In this document: one piece after another, positions 18,992 to 28,403 of the stretch
How the letters are laid out: each line of letters starts with the position of its first letter
How positions within the stretch are numbered: the first letter of the stretch is position 1
Source: Nitrospinaceae bacterium
GTDB taxonomy: Bacteria; Nitrospinota; Nitrospinia; Nitrospinales; VA-1
DNA length: 64,000 nucleotides
Assembly (NCBI GenBank): GCA_046754465.1
Contig: JBHHVU010000006.1
Coordinates: 1 to 64,000, forward strand
Reading direction: 5' to 3'
Translations under genes and position numbers: made by a program
Notes under the pieces: model-generated
What the model saw: only the letters and a program-made list of their open reading frames with translations
Databases searched by the model: none
Told to the model about the DNA's origin: nothing

Positions 18992-21574
18992 TCAACCATC
19001 GAGTTTTCTAAGGGTTTTGAAGGGTTTCTGTCTCAGGACATCCCAACTGCTGGCAACACCCAAGAGGGTGGTGAAGAGGATGGTCAGGACCAGTGTCCAC
19101 GCCATGACGCCGGGATACAGGTGTCCGCTGGATTTGACCAGGAATTTCATGATCGCCCAGGACAGGGCCAGGGACAAACCGGCTCCCAGGATCCCGGCGA
19201 TCGTACCCAGCGTGGCATACTCCACGCCCAGGATCCCCGCCACGGTCTTGCGGCGGGCGCCGAGTATCTTGAGGATGGCCGATTCCTTTAACCTTCGAAA
19301 ACGGGTCGAGGCCACCGAACCGAAAAGAATGAACCCCCCGGCGGCGATGCTGAAGACGGACATGAAATCGACGAGCGTCTTCAATTTGTTCACCACGGTT
19401 TGGACCGTGTTGACGATGTCGCGGGTGCTCAACGCGGTTATGTTGGGAAGCGCTTTCACCACGGCCTGCTGCAGTTTCAGTTCTTGATCGCGGGGCACAT
19501 GAACGGTGGCGACGAAAGTGATGGGGGCACTCTGGAGAGCCCCGGGGGAAAAGATCATGTAAAAATTGGTGCGCATGTTTTTCCAATTCACCCGGCGGAT
19601 GTTTGTTACGGCCGCCGTCACCAGAATGCCTTGAATGTCCATGGTGATCCTGGAGCCAATGGACACACCCAGCCTGCGCGCGGCATCCTCCTCCAGGGAT
19701 ACCTGCGGAATGGAGGCTTGTTCCAGGCTCCACCATTTTCCCTTAACAATGATATTGTCCCGAGGCGGGGGACGGGTCATATACGTGAGTACGAAGGTTC
19801 GGTGGATGAACCATTCTTCCTCCTGGCGGTTCGTGAACTTCCATTCCCTGGCTTTGCGTCCGTCGGCGCTGTAAAACCGGGAGCGGACCAGTGGAACCAG
19901 TTCGCGCTCCGCGCCGGGAGCGACCCTATCGACAATTTCCACGAACCGGTCCGCCTGGTCCGGTTGAATGTCGATGAAAAAATAGTTGGGCGGCGTTGTT
20001 TCGGTGTTGGATTGAAGCATCGCGATCATATCCATCTGCACGAGCCGCACGGTCAGGACCAGCATAATCCCCAGGCCCAGGCAGGTGATGATGGAAACCG
20101 CCTGGTTGTTGGGCCGGAACAGATTGGACAATCCGTACCGCCAGGTCATGCTTTGGCTGGGCGGCATTTTTTTCAGGAATCGCAGCATCAACAGGGATGC
20201 GGTTCTCAAAATCAGGACCGCGATTCCCAGGGCCAGAAGAAAAACGGCGCTTCGCTTGACCGACCCCGCCTGCCAGACCACGATGAGGCTCAGAATGACG
20301 AGGAAGCTGAAACCCATCGCCCACCGTTCCCGCCGGGATCCCCGGGAAAGTTCTTCTTCCTCGAAGTTGCGGCGGAAAAGCCGCAGGGGACGGGTTCGGA
20401 CCGCGCGGGTCAGCGGCCAGACGCAGAACAGCAGGGTCGTCACCAATCCCAGGCTCAGCGACTGGGCCGCGGGGACCCAGGAAAATTCCGGTCGAACCTG
20501 AATATTTAATAGACCCACAAGCTTCGAGGGCAAGAGATACTGCATGCCGTAACCGAGCGCCACGCCGAGCAGGCTACCCAACATTCCCAAGAGCAGGGAT
20601 TGCAGCAGATAGATGTTAAAGAGGGTGCGGGAAGACGCGCCCAGGCAGTTGAGGATGGCGATGGTGTCCAGCTTCTGGGTCATGAAGGTGCGAATGATCA
20701 TCGCCACCCCGATTCCCCCCAGGATCAACGCGATGACCCCCAACGCGCCAAGGTATTGCCCTATCCGTTGAATCGAGGCGGTGAGGGCGGACTGCATATC
20801 CTTGTAAGTGCGGAGCCGGACGGATTTGTCGGAAAGTCCCTTTTTCAGGACGGACGCGGCCTTCTCCACCGAGGCCGCCGGGGGAAGCCGGATCAGCGTC
20901 CGGTGCTTTACCCGGCTGCCGGGAAGGATCAGGCGGGCTTCCTCCAGCGTATGGCGGGAAAGAAATACCCTGGGACCGATGCTGAAGGCGCGTGAAATCC
21001 GGTCCGGCTCGGAAAGGACCGTTCCTGTGATTCGCACCCGAACCCGGCCCAGGTGAAAGCGGTCCCCGACTTTCAGATCCGTCCTCAACAAAAAAGAAGG
21101 CTCCACCACCGCCCCCCGGCCGGACAACAATTCCTGGATCGGCCTTTGGGGCCGCGTTTCAAGCTTTCCGTACAAGGGGTAATGGGGCGGGAAGAGGGGT
21201 ATGGCCTTAAGTTCGACCAGGAGCGAGGCGCCGGAGGGTCCCTCCGAGGTTCCGGAATTTCCGTGCCGGGCCATGGCATGCAGTTCCTTGATGAAAAGAA
21301 AATCGGTGCCGGGGGGCAGGGCCTGTTTCTCGAATTCGATGTCTTTCGGGTTCTGTTCCCAACTGCCTTGAATGGCGATATCGGCCGCCAGAAGGCTTTT
21401 GGATTCCTTATGGATGGCCCGGTCCAGCAGGCCGGCGAAACTTTTGATGGTCATCACCGCGCCCACCCCAAGGGTGATGCAAATGAGGAAAAAGATAAAC
21501 CGGTTCCAGGCCCCCTTGCATTCGGCGAGGATCAGAAAAAGAATTTTGGAAAGGGGCAGCCGGCCTGTTTTCAT
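18992..21574 (-). CDS. ybbP: YbbP-like ABC transporter permease (two FtsX/MacB units)
   Basis: LLAADI, YPLYG, PPNYFFIDIQPDQ, VNWKNMRTNF. Lies in the ybbP-ybbA/tesA arrangement. Confidence 0.85.
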   Translation of the reverse strand: MKTGRLPLSKILFLILAECKGAWNRFIFFLICITLGVGAVMTIKSFAGLLDRAIHKESKSLLAADIAIQGSWEQNPKDIEFEKQALPPGTDFLFIKELHAMARHGNSGTSEGPSGASLLVELKAIPLFPPHYPLYGKLETRPQRPIQELLSGRGAVVEPSFLLRTDLKVGDRFHLGRVRVRITGTVLSEPDRISRAFSIGPRVFLSRHTLEEARLILPGSRVKHRTLIRLPPAASVEKAASVLKKGLSDKSVRLRTYKDMQSALTASIQRIGQYLGALGVIALILGGIGVAMIIRTFMTQKLDTIAILNCLGASSRTLFNIYLLQSLLLGMLGSLLGVALGYGMQYLLPSKLVGLLNIQVRPEFSWVPAAQSLSLGLVTTLLFCVWPLTRAVRTRPLRLFRRNFEEEELSRGSRRERWAMGFSFLVILSLIVVWQAGSVKRSAVFLLALGIAVLILRTASLLMLRFLKKMPPSQSMTWRYGLSNLFRPNNQAVSIITCLGLGIMLVLTVRLVQMDMIAMLQSNTETTPPNYFFIDIQPDQADRFVEIVDRVAPGAERELVPLVRSRFYSADGRKAREWKFTNRQEEEWFIHRTFVLTYMTRPPPRDNIIVKGKWWSLEQASIPQVSLEEDAARRLGVSIGSRITMDIQGILVTAAVTNIRRVNWKNMRTNFYMIFSPGALQSAPITFVATVHVPRDQELKLQQAVVKALPNITALSTRDIVNTVQTVVNKLKTLVDFMSVFSIAAGGFILFGSVASTRFRRLKESAILKILGARRKTVAGILGVEYATLGTIAGILGAGLSLALSWAIMKFLVKSSGHLYPGVMAWTLVLTILFTTLLGVASSWDVLRQKPFKTLRKLDG

Positions 21575-21593
21575 GGGTTCTGGTTTGGGGGAA

Positions 21594-22304
21594 TCATTTG
21601 GGGGACGAGCCGGAGACCGGCCGGGGCGGTTGGCCCGGTCTGGTATCCTCGACGATCACCCCATCCTCGAGGGTCAACACCCTCTGGGTTTTGGCGGCGA
21701 TGTCCGGTTCGTGGGTGACCAGGAGGAGGGTCGCCCGTTTCGTGCCGTGCAGTTTCAGCATCAGGTCGATGATGCGGCGGCTGTTTTTCGAGTCGAGATT
21801 CCCGGTGGGCTCGTCGGCGAGGACGATATCCGGTTCGTTGACGAACGCCCGCGCCAGGCAAAGCCGTTGCTGCTCTCCTCCCGAAAGCTGCGCCGGGTAA
21901 TGGTGCCACCGGTCGTCGAGTCCCACCATCCCCAGCAGATCCTCGGATTTTTTCCTGGCTCCGGGCGCCTGGTTCAATTCCGCGGCCAGGACGACATTTT
22001 CCAGGGCCGTCAACGTGGGAATCAAATGGAAGTTCTGAAAGATGAATCCGAAACGGCGGGCTCGCAGCGCCGCCAGTTCATCCTCGTCCAGTTTCGTGAT
22101 ATCCTCTCTATCGATCACGATGGTCCCACTTGTAGGAGTATCCAGTCCAGCGATGAGGCTGAGGAGAGTGGTCTTGCCGCTCCCGGAAGCCCCGGTGACG
22201 GCCACGAACTGTCCGCCGGGAATGGTCAGGTCCACGCCGTTCAATATCTCCACCCGGTGGCCGCCTCCGGTGAGGCTTTTGGTCAATTGGCTGATTTCGA
22301 TCAC
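21594..22304 (-). CDS. ybbA: YbbA-like ABC transporter ATP-binding protein
   Basis: GASGSGKTT, LSGGEQQR, LADEPTGNLD. Divergent from tesA. Confidence 0.87.
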   Translation of the reverse strand: MIEISQLTKSLTGGGHRVEILNGVDLTIPGGQFVAVTGASGSGKTTLLSLIAGLDTPTSGTIVIDREDITKLDEDELAALRARRFGFIFQNFHLIPTLTALENVVLAAELNQAPGARKKSEDLLGMVGLDDRWHHYPAQLSGGEQQRLCLARAFVNEPDIVLADEPTGNLDSKNSRRIIDLMLKLHGTKRATLLLVTHEPDIAAKTQRVLTLEDGVIVEDTRPGQPPRPVSGSSPK

Positions 22305-22357
22305 GAAAGACGTTCCTTGAAAGTTCCCATGGGTTCCGACTATTTTAGTATAAAATC

Positions 22358-23035
22358 ATGAAATCCCATTACCGATGTTTTTCTTTTAAAAAAATTGGCT
22401 CCTTTTTCGGCTTTATTCTGGCTTTGCTTGTGGGTTATGTTCTGGTTTCCGCGGCTAACCTTGAAGGGAGTTCCTCTCCAGTGATTCTGGCCCTGGGTGA
22501 CAGTTTGACCGCCGGATTCGGGGTCCGGGAAAATGAAAGCTACCCCTCCCTGCTGCAAAAGATGCTTAAGGAGAAGGGCTACCCCCATCGCGTGATCAAC
22601 GCGGGAGTGAGCGGCGACACGACGGCGGGCGGATTGCGGCGGATAAAGTGGTTGTTGTTGCACAAGCCGTCCATAGTGATCCTCGCCCTGGGCGCCAACG
22701 ATGGTTTGCGGGGATTATCGACCGGGGAAATGTATTCCAACCTCAAAAAAATCATCCGGATCTGCCGGGACCACGGGGCGGAGGTGCTCCTCGTCGGAAT
22801 GAAAGTCCCGCCCAATTTCGGCGAGGAATATTCCCGGGCCTTCGAAAAGACGTTCTCCCTCCTGGCGAAGAAATATCACCTGCGATTTCTTCCCTTTTTG
22901 CTGGAAGGAGTGGCTTCAAAAAGGGAATACACCCAGGCCGACGGGATTCATCCGCTGGCGCCGGGTTATAAAATCGTGGCCCGGTCCGTTTGGAAATACC
23001 TCGAACCCATGTTGATGAAAAGTTCCCGCCGTTAG
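22358..23035 (+). CDS. tesA: Arylesterase / acyl-CoA thioesterase I (SGNH/GDSL hydrolase)
   Basis: LGDSLTAG, NAGVSGDTT, LGANDGLRG, QADGIHP. Confidence 0.92.
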   Translation: MKSHYRCFSFKKIGSFFGFILALLVGYVLVSAANLEGSSSPVILALGDSLTAGFGVRENESYPSLLQKMLKEKGYPHRVINAGVSGDTTAGGLRRIKWLLLHKPSIVILALGANDGLRGLSTGEMYSNLKKIIRICRDHGAEVLLVGMKVPPNFGEEYSRAFEKTFSLLAKKYHLRFLPFLLEGVASKREYTQADGIHPLAPGYKIVARSVWKYLEPMLMKSSRR

Positions 23036-23068
23036 CCCGGTTAATATTCGACTCATGCAGTAACCGCG

Positions 23069-24154
23069 TTAGCGGCTGCTGTCAAGGAATCGCATCAAAT
23101 GCGTGTAGCAGGTTCCCCGGGATAAAACCTTCCTGGCGGCGTCGAAACCGTCCTGGGGGGAGAGGAACATTTCCAGAAGATAGCACAGGGTCCCCGCGTG
23201 GCAGGCGATGAGCGCCGCCGCCGGCCCGCGGTTGTTTTTCAGGGCCGCTTCGCCGAATTCAGCCAGAGACTTCAATTCCACCCTCTCCTTTTTCAGGTCC
23301 CGGTACGTCCCGGCGATCAGGTCGGCGGTCCCGCGGTCGAAACTGCGGTCCAGGACCCATTTCATTTCCACGGGCTCGGGTTCCCCCCCGCCGATGAAAA
23401 TCCGTCCGTCCTTGTGGACCCCGTACAGCGTCGTGCCTTCCACGCCGTTGCCCAGGATGGTCTTATCGAATTCGCTCAATCGGGCGACAGCCAGCATGGC
23501 GGTTTCGTACCCTTTGTGGAAATAACCCGTGGCGAGAAAATTCCCGCCCCGGCGGGCCTTGACCGGCATCAGCATTTTTTCCAGGGTGGCAAGCATGGGG
23601 CGCTTGACGATTTCCACGCGTAAATTCCTCAGGTTTTCCAGGGCGGGGTGGGTGTGGCTCGTGCTGAGGTACCCGAACCCGTGCTTCAGAAGGCAGACGA
23701 GGCGTTGTTCCCCCTCTCCGTGGGAGGGAACCCCGTAATGGTTCACCAGGAGATCTTCGAAGGTGATGCCGCATTTGGGAGGCAGCGGCAGGGTGGAATG
23801 ACCGTAGGCGGGCAAGCCCAGGGCGGCGATAATCGGGATCGTGTAAAATCCGAAATAAGGTACGCGATTGAAACCGTCGAAGGGGTCGGCGATTTGCAGG
23901 AGCCGGTCGAACGCCACTTCCCGTTTGAGCGTCGTTCGATCGAGAGCCCGCCAGTAGCCGATATTTTCCGGGACGGTCTCGAGTTTCATCCTGGCGGCGA
24001 TGAGAAAGATGCCCGCGCGCACCGGCGAAACCGAACCGTTCAAGATCAGGGAGAGGGCATCCTCCGCCTCCTCTTCCGTCAGGTCCTTGCTCATTCGGGG
24101 TCCGGCGGCGATTTTCCCCAGGTATTCCTTCATCCTTTCATTGGGTTCCTTCAT
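23069..24154 (-). CDS. Anthranilate phosphoribosyltransferase-like (TrpD2/YbiB, glycosyltransferase family 3) protein
   Basis: N-terminal helical domain (GPRMSKDLTEEEA, GIFLIAARMK), LRNLRVEIVKRP, GYFHKGY, GVEG. Lacks the TrpD GTGGD motif. Confidence 0.7.
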   Translation of the reverse strand: MKEPNERMKEYLGKIAAGPRMSKDLTEEEAEDALSLILNGSVSPVRAGIFLIAARMKLETVPENIGYWRALDRTTLKREVAFDRLLQIADPFDGFNRVPYFGFYTIPIIAALGLPAYGHSTLPLPPKCGITFEDLLVNHYGVPSHGEGEQRLVCLLKHGFGYLSTSHTHPALENLRNLRVEIVKRPMLATLEKMLMPVKARRGGNFLATGYFHKGYETAMLAVARLSEFDKTILGNGVEGTTLYGVHKDGRIFIGGGEPEPVEMKWVLDRSFDRGTADLIAGTYRDLKKERVELKSLAEFGEAALKNNRGPAAALIACHAGTLCYLLEMFLSPQDGFDAARKVLSRGTCYTHLMRFLDSSR

Positions 24155-24325
24155 ACCTTCCTATTTTGCCCCAAATTCCCGGGAACCGGATAACTTTTGT
24201 TTTGAAGATTTAGAAGGCGGGCCAAGTTAAATAACCCGGTTAGACGCTGAGGGAAAAGGGGAATGGGAGGGGGAGATAAAATTTTTGAGCAAAATTAGAT
24301 GCGAAACCCGATAGATCAACAACTT

Positions 24326-24970
24326 TTATGTGGTTTCACGGCTTTTAACAATATCGCCCCTGTTACGGTCCAAAGTGAAAACAGTAATCCCAAGCGGCCT
24401 AGGTTGGGACAGGGATTTTCTTATAAAAACAGGGACGGTGGTACCCTTGATTCTCTTGGCAGATGGAGCGAAGAAACCATCGAGTTTTTCATTAACGGCT
24501 TGCCTTCCCAACCTTTGGCAAAACTCATAATCATCACTCGTGAGATCAGGCCATTCCGATTGCTTTGAACAAAGATTCTTGGTGGTGCCGGTGTAATTGC
24601 ACTGGAAATGTTCAAAAGAGGCTCTTCGGCCGCTAGATGGATCCCCCAACAAAGCTTGCAGGAAATGGTGTTTGACTTCTTCCAATGCGGTGGATTCCTC
24701 TAGCGCGGCGTAAAAAACGGGCCAACTTCCATCTGAAAACCGGGAAGAATTTCCAAAATTTTGTTCAAGTTGCGGTTTGCTTTCAAACGGGGCATCAAGG
24801 AGATTTTGGGGGTCTTCCTCCGCCGCCGAAGGGCCAAGAAAATTTAAAACATCGGAGACGGAATCGGGATCGACTCCAAGACTTTTCAAAGCCTCCAATT
24901 TCTTTTTGCGGTTGGCAAATCTAAAAATTTCCTTTTTCTCAGCATAAACGGATTCGATCGTGTTCAACAA
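24326..24970 (-). CDS. RES domain toxin (putative NAD+ phosphorylase / ADP-ribosyltransferase)
   Basis: SRFSDGSWPVFYAALEESTALEEV and DYEFCQRLG...DGFFAPSAKR carry RES-family residues. Lies directly downstream of an Xre/MbcA-like gene. Confidence 0.82.
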   Translation of the reverse strand: MLNTIESVYAEKKEIFRFANRKKKLEALKSLGVDPDSVSDVLNFLGPSAAEEDPQNLLDAPFESKPQLEQNFGNSSRFSDGSWPVFYAALEESTALEEVKHHFLQALLGDPSSGRRASFEHFQCNYTGTTKNLCSKQSEWPDLTSDDYEFCQRLGRQAVNEKLDGFFAPSAKRIKGTTVPVFIRKSLSQPRPLGITVFTLDRNRGDIVKSRETT

Positions 24971-24973
24971 TAT

Positions 24974-25555
24974 TCAACGTCCCGCGAGATGGTCTACAAA
25001 CTGTTTGATTAAAAGCAGGTTTTCCATCGATCCCTCCAAAAGAATTTCCAGAGGTTTTTTACGATCAAGGCCCTTGCTGGGTTCGCGCAGCCATTCCGCC
25101 ACGTCATCCGTGTTTTTAAATATATTGAACAAGGTTTCGTGAATGTCGAAAAGGTGCCGGATACGATCTTTTTCATCCCGGGTTTGGAGGTTGGATATCC
25201 CAGATAAAAGATTATTTAGCGATCTTTCATCATCATATCCCATTAATATTGCCGTTTCCTTCCGGCTGAGTTTCCATTTTTCCAGCAAACCGGTCAAAAG
25301 CAGCATAGGCGGTGCGAGAGATGCCGGTGGTTTTTTTGTTGAATGAGATCGATATGATCCTTGAACGGACCAGGCTGCACCCGCATTTTCAATTATGGAT
25401 ATGATGGAGTTGATTGTACCTTCCCCTGGCTGAATTGCGGCTTTATTTTGTTGTAGGACCAAATTCAAAGATTTATCATCTTCCTGGCGATGAATAAAAT
25501 CCAAATCGCGCTCATTATTTTCAGGTAAATTCTGCTTCAGGGCCGTAGACAACAT
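24974..25555 (-). CDS. Xre/MbcA/ParS-type antitoxin with about 80 aa N-terminal extension
   Basis: HTH-like KWKLSRKETAILMG, then DRIRHLFDIHETLFNIF...VAEWLREPSKGLDRKKPLEILLEG (DUF2384-like). Confidence 0.82.
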   Translation of the reverse strand: MLSTALKQNLPENNERDLDFIHRQEDDKSLNLVLQQNKAAIQPGEGTINSIISIIENAGAAWSVQGSYRSHSTKKPPASLAPPMLLLTGLLEKWKLSRKETAILMGYDDERSLNNLLSGISNLQTRDEKDRIRHLFDIHETLFNIFKNTDDVAEWLREPSKGLDRKKPLEILLEGSMENLLLIKQFVDHLAGR

Positions 25556-25563
25556 ATATTTTT

Positions 25564-26277
25564 TTAATCCTTACCGAAACCATTGACCGGCTCCAGTCCA
25601 AAATCGGCCAGTATTTTGAAACATGTGGAGGAGGCGTGATCCGCACGGTCCTCCAGCCGGTTGTATTTTCCACCATCAAAATACTCTATGTCGAATATAA
25701 AAAATAAATCCGATCCGGAAATTTGAGATTTTTCCAATTGAAAATTTACAACCCATCCATCATTTTTGTTTTTCAAAGTGCCGCTGGGGCGATATTCGAT
25801 CTCGGTGGCGTTAAACGCCTCCTCTTCGATTGCAAAATTTGGATTCCCAAACTTCCGAAAAATTTCATCCTTTTCTTTTTCACTATCTTCAATGGACAGC
25901 CAGGACGAAGTTTTTATTTTAGCGTTTTTAAATTTAATTTCCGGGATTGCCTGGCATAACCCCTCCTCAGCCAGGGAAACGCAATCCTTCACCGTTTCGA
26001 TGTCCTGTTGATTAGCAAGATTCATAAAATGGGCGGTGAATTTTTCTGAACCTATTTCTATAATCCCATTACCATTAAACAATATAACTTTTGCTCCGGT
26101 ATCCGCCAAGGAATTACCGGCAAGGGCTTGTAGATTGGTCATTGGTACTGGATATTTTGGATTGATGAGAGAATAAAGCCCTTTCAAGACTTGCGCGATT
26201 GAATGAGATTCCCAGAAAATGGGGGGATTAAACTCACGCTCGTAACGGACGACCAATCGTTGGGTTTTATATTTCAT
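25564..26277 (-). CDS. Hypothetical protein, possibly TIGR04255-like
   Basis: 237-aa AT-rich ORF co-oriented with the antitoxin and 8 bp from it. The size and C-terminal FIFDIEYF recall TIGR04255 (unverified). Confidence 0.6.
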   Translation of the reverse strand: MKYKTQRLVVRYEREFNPPIFWESHSIAQVLKGLYSLINPKYPVPMTNLQALAGNSLADTGAKVILFNGNGIIEIGSEKFTAHFMNLANQQDIETVKDCVSLAEEGLCQAIPEIKFKNAKIKTSSWLSIEDSEKEKDEIFRKFGNPNFAIEEEAFNATEIEYRPSGTLKNKNDGWVVNFQLEKSQISGSDLFFIFDIEYFDGGKYNRLEDRADHASSTCFKILADFGLEPVNGFGKD

Positions 26278-26639
26278 TTTTTGCGGCCAGGGTCAATATG
26301 GCGAAACCGATCCCTTGGGTTTTTAGGGTATAACCCATTGGATTTTTTAAGGCTATTTTTAATTTCCATTAGTTTACTTGCGCTCTTTTTAAAAGTAAAG
26401 GCGGTAAAATTATTAAAACAAATTTGCAAAATTTTGAATCGGCGGGGAAATGCACTGGTAACGCCCGTTTTGGGAATACCCAACTTAATTTATTTCATGC
26501 GGTTTCCCTGTTTTGAATTGAAGTAAGACGCTATTTTAAGCTATATCTGGAAGTAAGCCTTTTGTTCAATCAAGTGCAAAAAGGTTTTAATTGATTATAT
26601 TTGACGGGTTTATCCTGAGTATTCCTATAAGATTTTACC

Positions 26640-28358
26640 ATGCTGAAAACGATTGAACGAAAATATGTCGCGGATCCCCCCGCCGGGGTGGTCCGGCCCG
26701 TGAAAGTTTTGCTGGTGTACCCCAACACCACGGATGTGGCGTTGGCCAACCTGGGATTTCAGCGGGTGCACGGGCTTTTGAACCGCATTGATGGGGTCAC
26801 CGGTGACCGGTTCAGTCTGCCGCAGGGCTGGACACCGGATGTACAGGCGCTGGAACCCGGTGACCGGGTCTCCCACGATTTGGGATTGCGGCCTGGAGAT
26901 TTCGACATGATCGCTTTTTCGATTTCCTTTGAGCCGGATTATCTTCATGTGGTGACGATCCTGAAATATTTCAACATTCCCCTGGAACGGAAAGACCGGG
27001 ACGCGGCTTCGCCGCTGATCCTGGCCGGGGGCTCCGCGGTTTTTATCAATCCGGAACCCCTCGCGGAATGCGTGGATGCGTTTTTTATCGGCGAGGGCGA
27101 AGGGCTGGCGGAAAAATTTTTCAACCTGTATGTCACCACGCCCTGGGAAAATCCCCGCAACCTGCTTCGCCGGGCGGCGGCCCTGGGAGGCATCTACGTC
27201 CCGCAATTTTATCATCCGCTGTACCGGGGGGGAAACCTCGAGGGGTACGAGACCGATCCCGCGCTCCCCAAACGGATTCCCCGGCACTGGACGGACCGGG
27301 TGGAGGATTTATGCACGGTATCGGAGATTCACGATCCGATTTCGACTTTCAAGGATATGGCCCTGATGGAGGTCACTCGCGGCTGCATCTGGGCTTGCCG
27401 GTTTTGCACCGCCGGGTTCATCTACCGTCCGCCGCGCCTGCCGGACCTGAACGGGACCTATCGAGCCCTGGAAAGGGTGCTGGAGGCGCAGGGAAAGAGC
27501 GCTTCCACCATTGGCCTCGTGGGACCCTCGGTGACGGATCATCCGGATCTCATCGGTCTGGCGAAAAAAATTATCGGGGACGGCAAAACGCTGTCCTTCT
27601 CCTCGCTGCGAATGGAAACCCTGACGGACGAGTTGGTGGACCTGATTCTTCAGAGCGGACAGAAGACGCTCACGGTGGCAGTGGATGGGCCTTCGGAACG
27701 GATGCGCCGGGTCATCAACAAGGCCGCGACGGACGAATTCATCGTGGAAAAGTGCCGGTTCCTCACGGAAAAGGGAATTCTGCATTTCAAAATCTATTCC
27801 ATCATCGGGCTCCCCGGCGAGACGGAAGAAGATATCGACCAGTTCATATCTCTCATCAGGAATGTCGTGGATGTCTATGTGGATGTCTGCCGCAAGCGGG
27901 GCCGTATCGGCAAGATGACCATCAGCCTGAGTCCCCTGATTCCCAAACCCGGGACGCCGTTTCAATGGCATCCCATGGAACCGGTGGCCCTGTTGAAGAA
28001 AAAATTCCTGAAACTGCGGAAAGCCCTGGGCCGGCTACCATATTTGAAACTCAGTTTCGGGTCCCCCAACGAAGCCTACCTCCAAACCTACCTTTCCCGC
28101 GGCGACCGGCGGGTGGTGGAATTTTTCAGACACTACCTGGAATATGGTCACGATGCCAAAAAAGCGCTTCAGGCCCACCGCGGCGAGGCGGATGATTTCG
28201 CCTACCGGCAATACGGGCGGGACGATTTTCTACCCTGGGACATCATTGATCATGGTTACAAGAACCATTTTCTTTGGGAGGACTATCAAAGGGGTCTCAG
28301 GGAAAAACACACCCCGGTCTGCGAAACGGCGACCTGCAAGATCTGCGGCATCTGTTGA
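26640..28358 (+). CDS. Radical SAM protein with N-terminal B12-binding-like domain (TIGR03960-like)
   Basis: EVTRGCIWACRFC (CxxxCxxC), YPNT..VALANLG, IPKPGTPFQW, C-terminal CETATCKICGIC. Confidence 0.88.
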   Translation: MLKTIERKYVADPPAGVVRPVKVLLVYPNTTDVALANLGFQRVHGLLNRIDGVTGDRFSLPQGWTPDVQALEPGDRVSHDLGLRPGDFDMIAFSISFEPDYLHVVTILKYFNIPLERKDRDAASPLILAGGSAVFINPEPLAECVDAFFIGEGEGLAEKFFNLYVTTPWENPRNLLRRAAALGGIYVPQFYHPLYRGGNLEGYETDPALPKRIPRHWTDRVEDLCTVSEIHDPISTFKDMALMEVTRGCIWACRFCTAGFIYRPPRLPDLNGTYRALERVLEAQGKSASTIGLVGPSVTDHPDLIGLAKKIIGDGKTLSFSSLRMETLTDELVDLILQSGQKTLTVAVDGPSERMRRVINKAATDEFIVEKCRFLTEKGILHFKIYSIIGLPGETEEDIDQFISLIRNVVDVYVDVCRKRGRIGKMTISLSPLIPKPGTPFQWHPMEPVALLKKKFLKLRKALGRLPYLKLSFGSPNEAYLQTYLSRGDRRVVEFFRHYLEYGHDAKKALQAHRGEADDFAYRQYGRDDFLPWDIIDHGYKNHFLWEDYQRGLREKHTPVCETATCKICGIC

Positions 28359-28403
28359 CGCAAGGTCCGCTTCAAAAAGGGCCTAGCCATGGATCGATCT
28401 TCG

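Noticed and set aside
26274..26483. 69-aa ORF overlapping the start of the islet's first gene, as a fourth component
   Set aside because: It is a Lys/Phe-rich translation of AT-rich promoter-like DNA with no motif. It cannot be supported without homologues.
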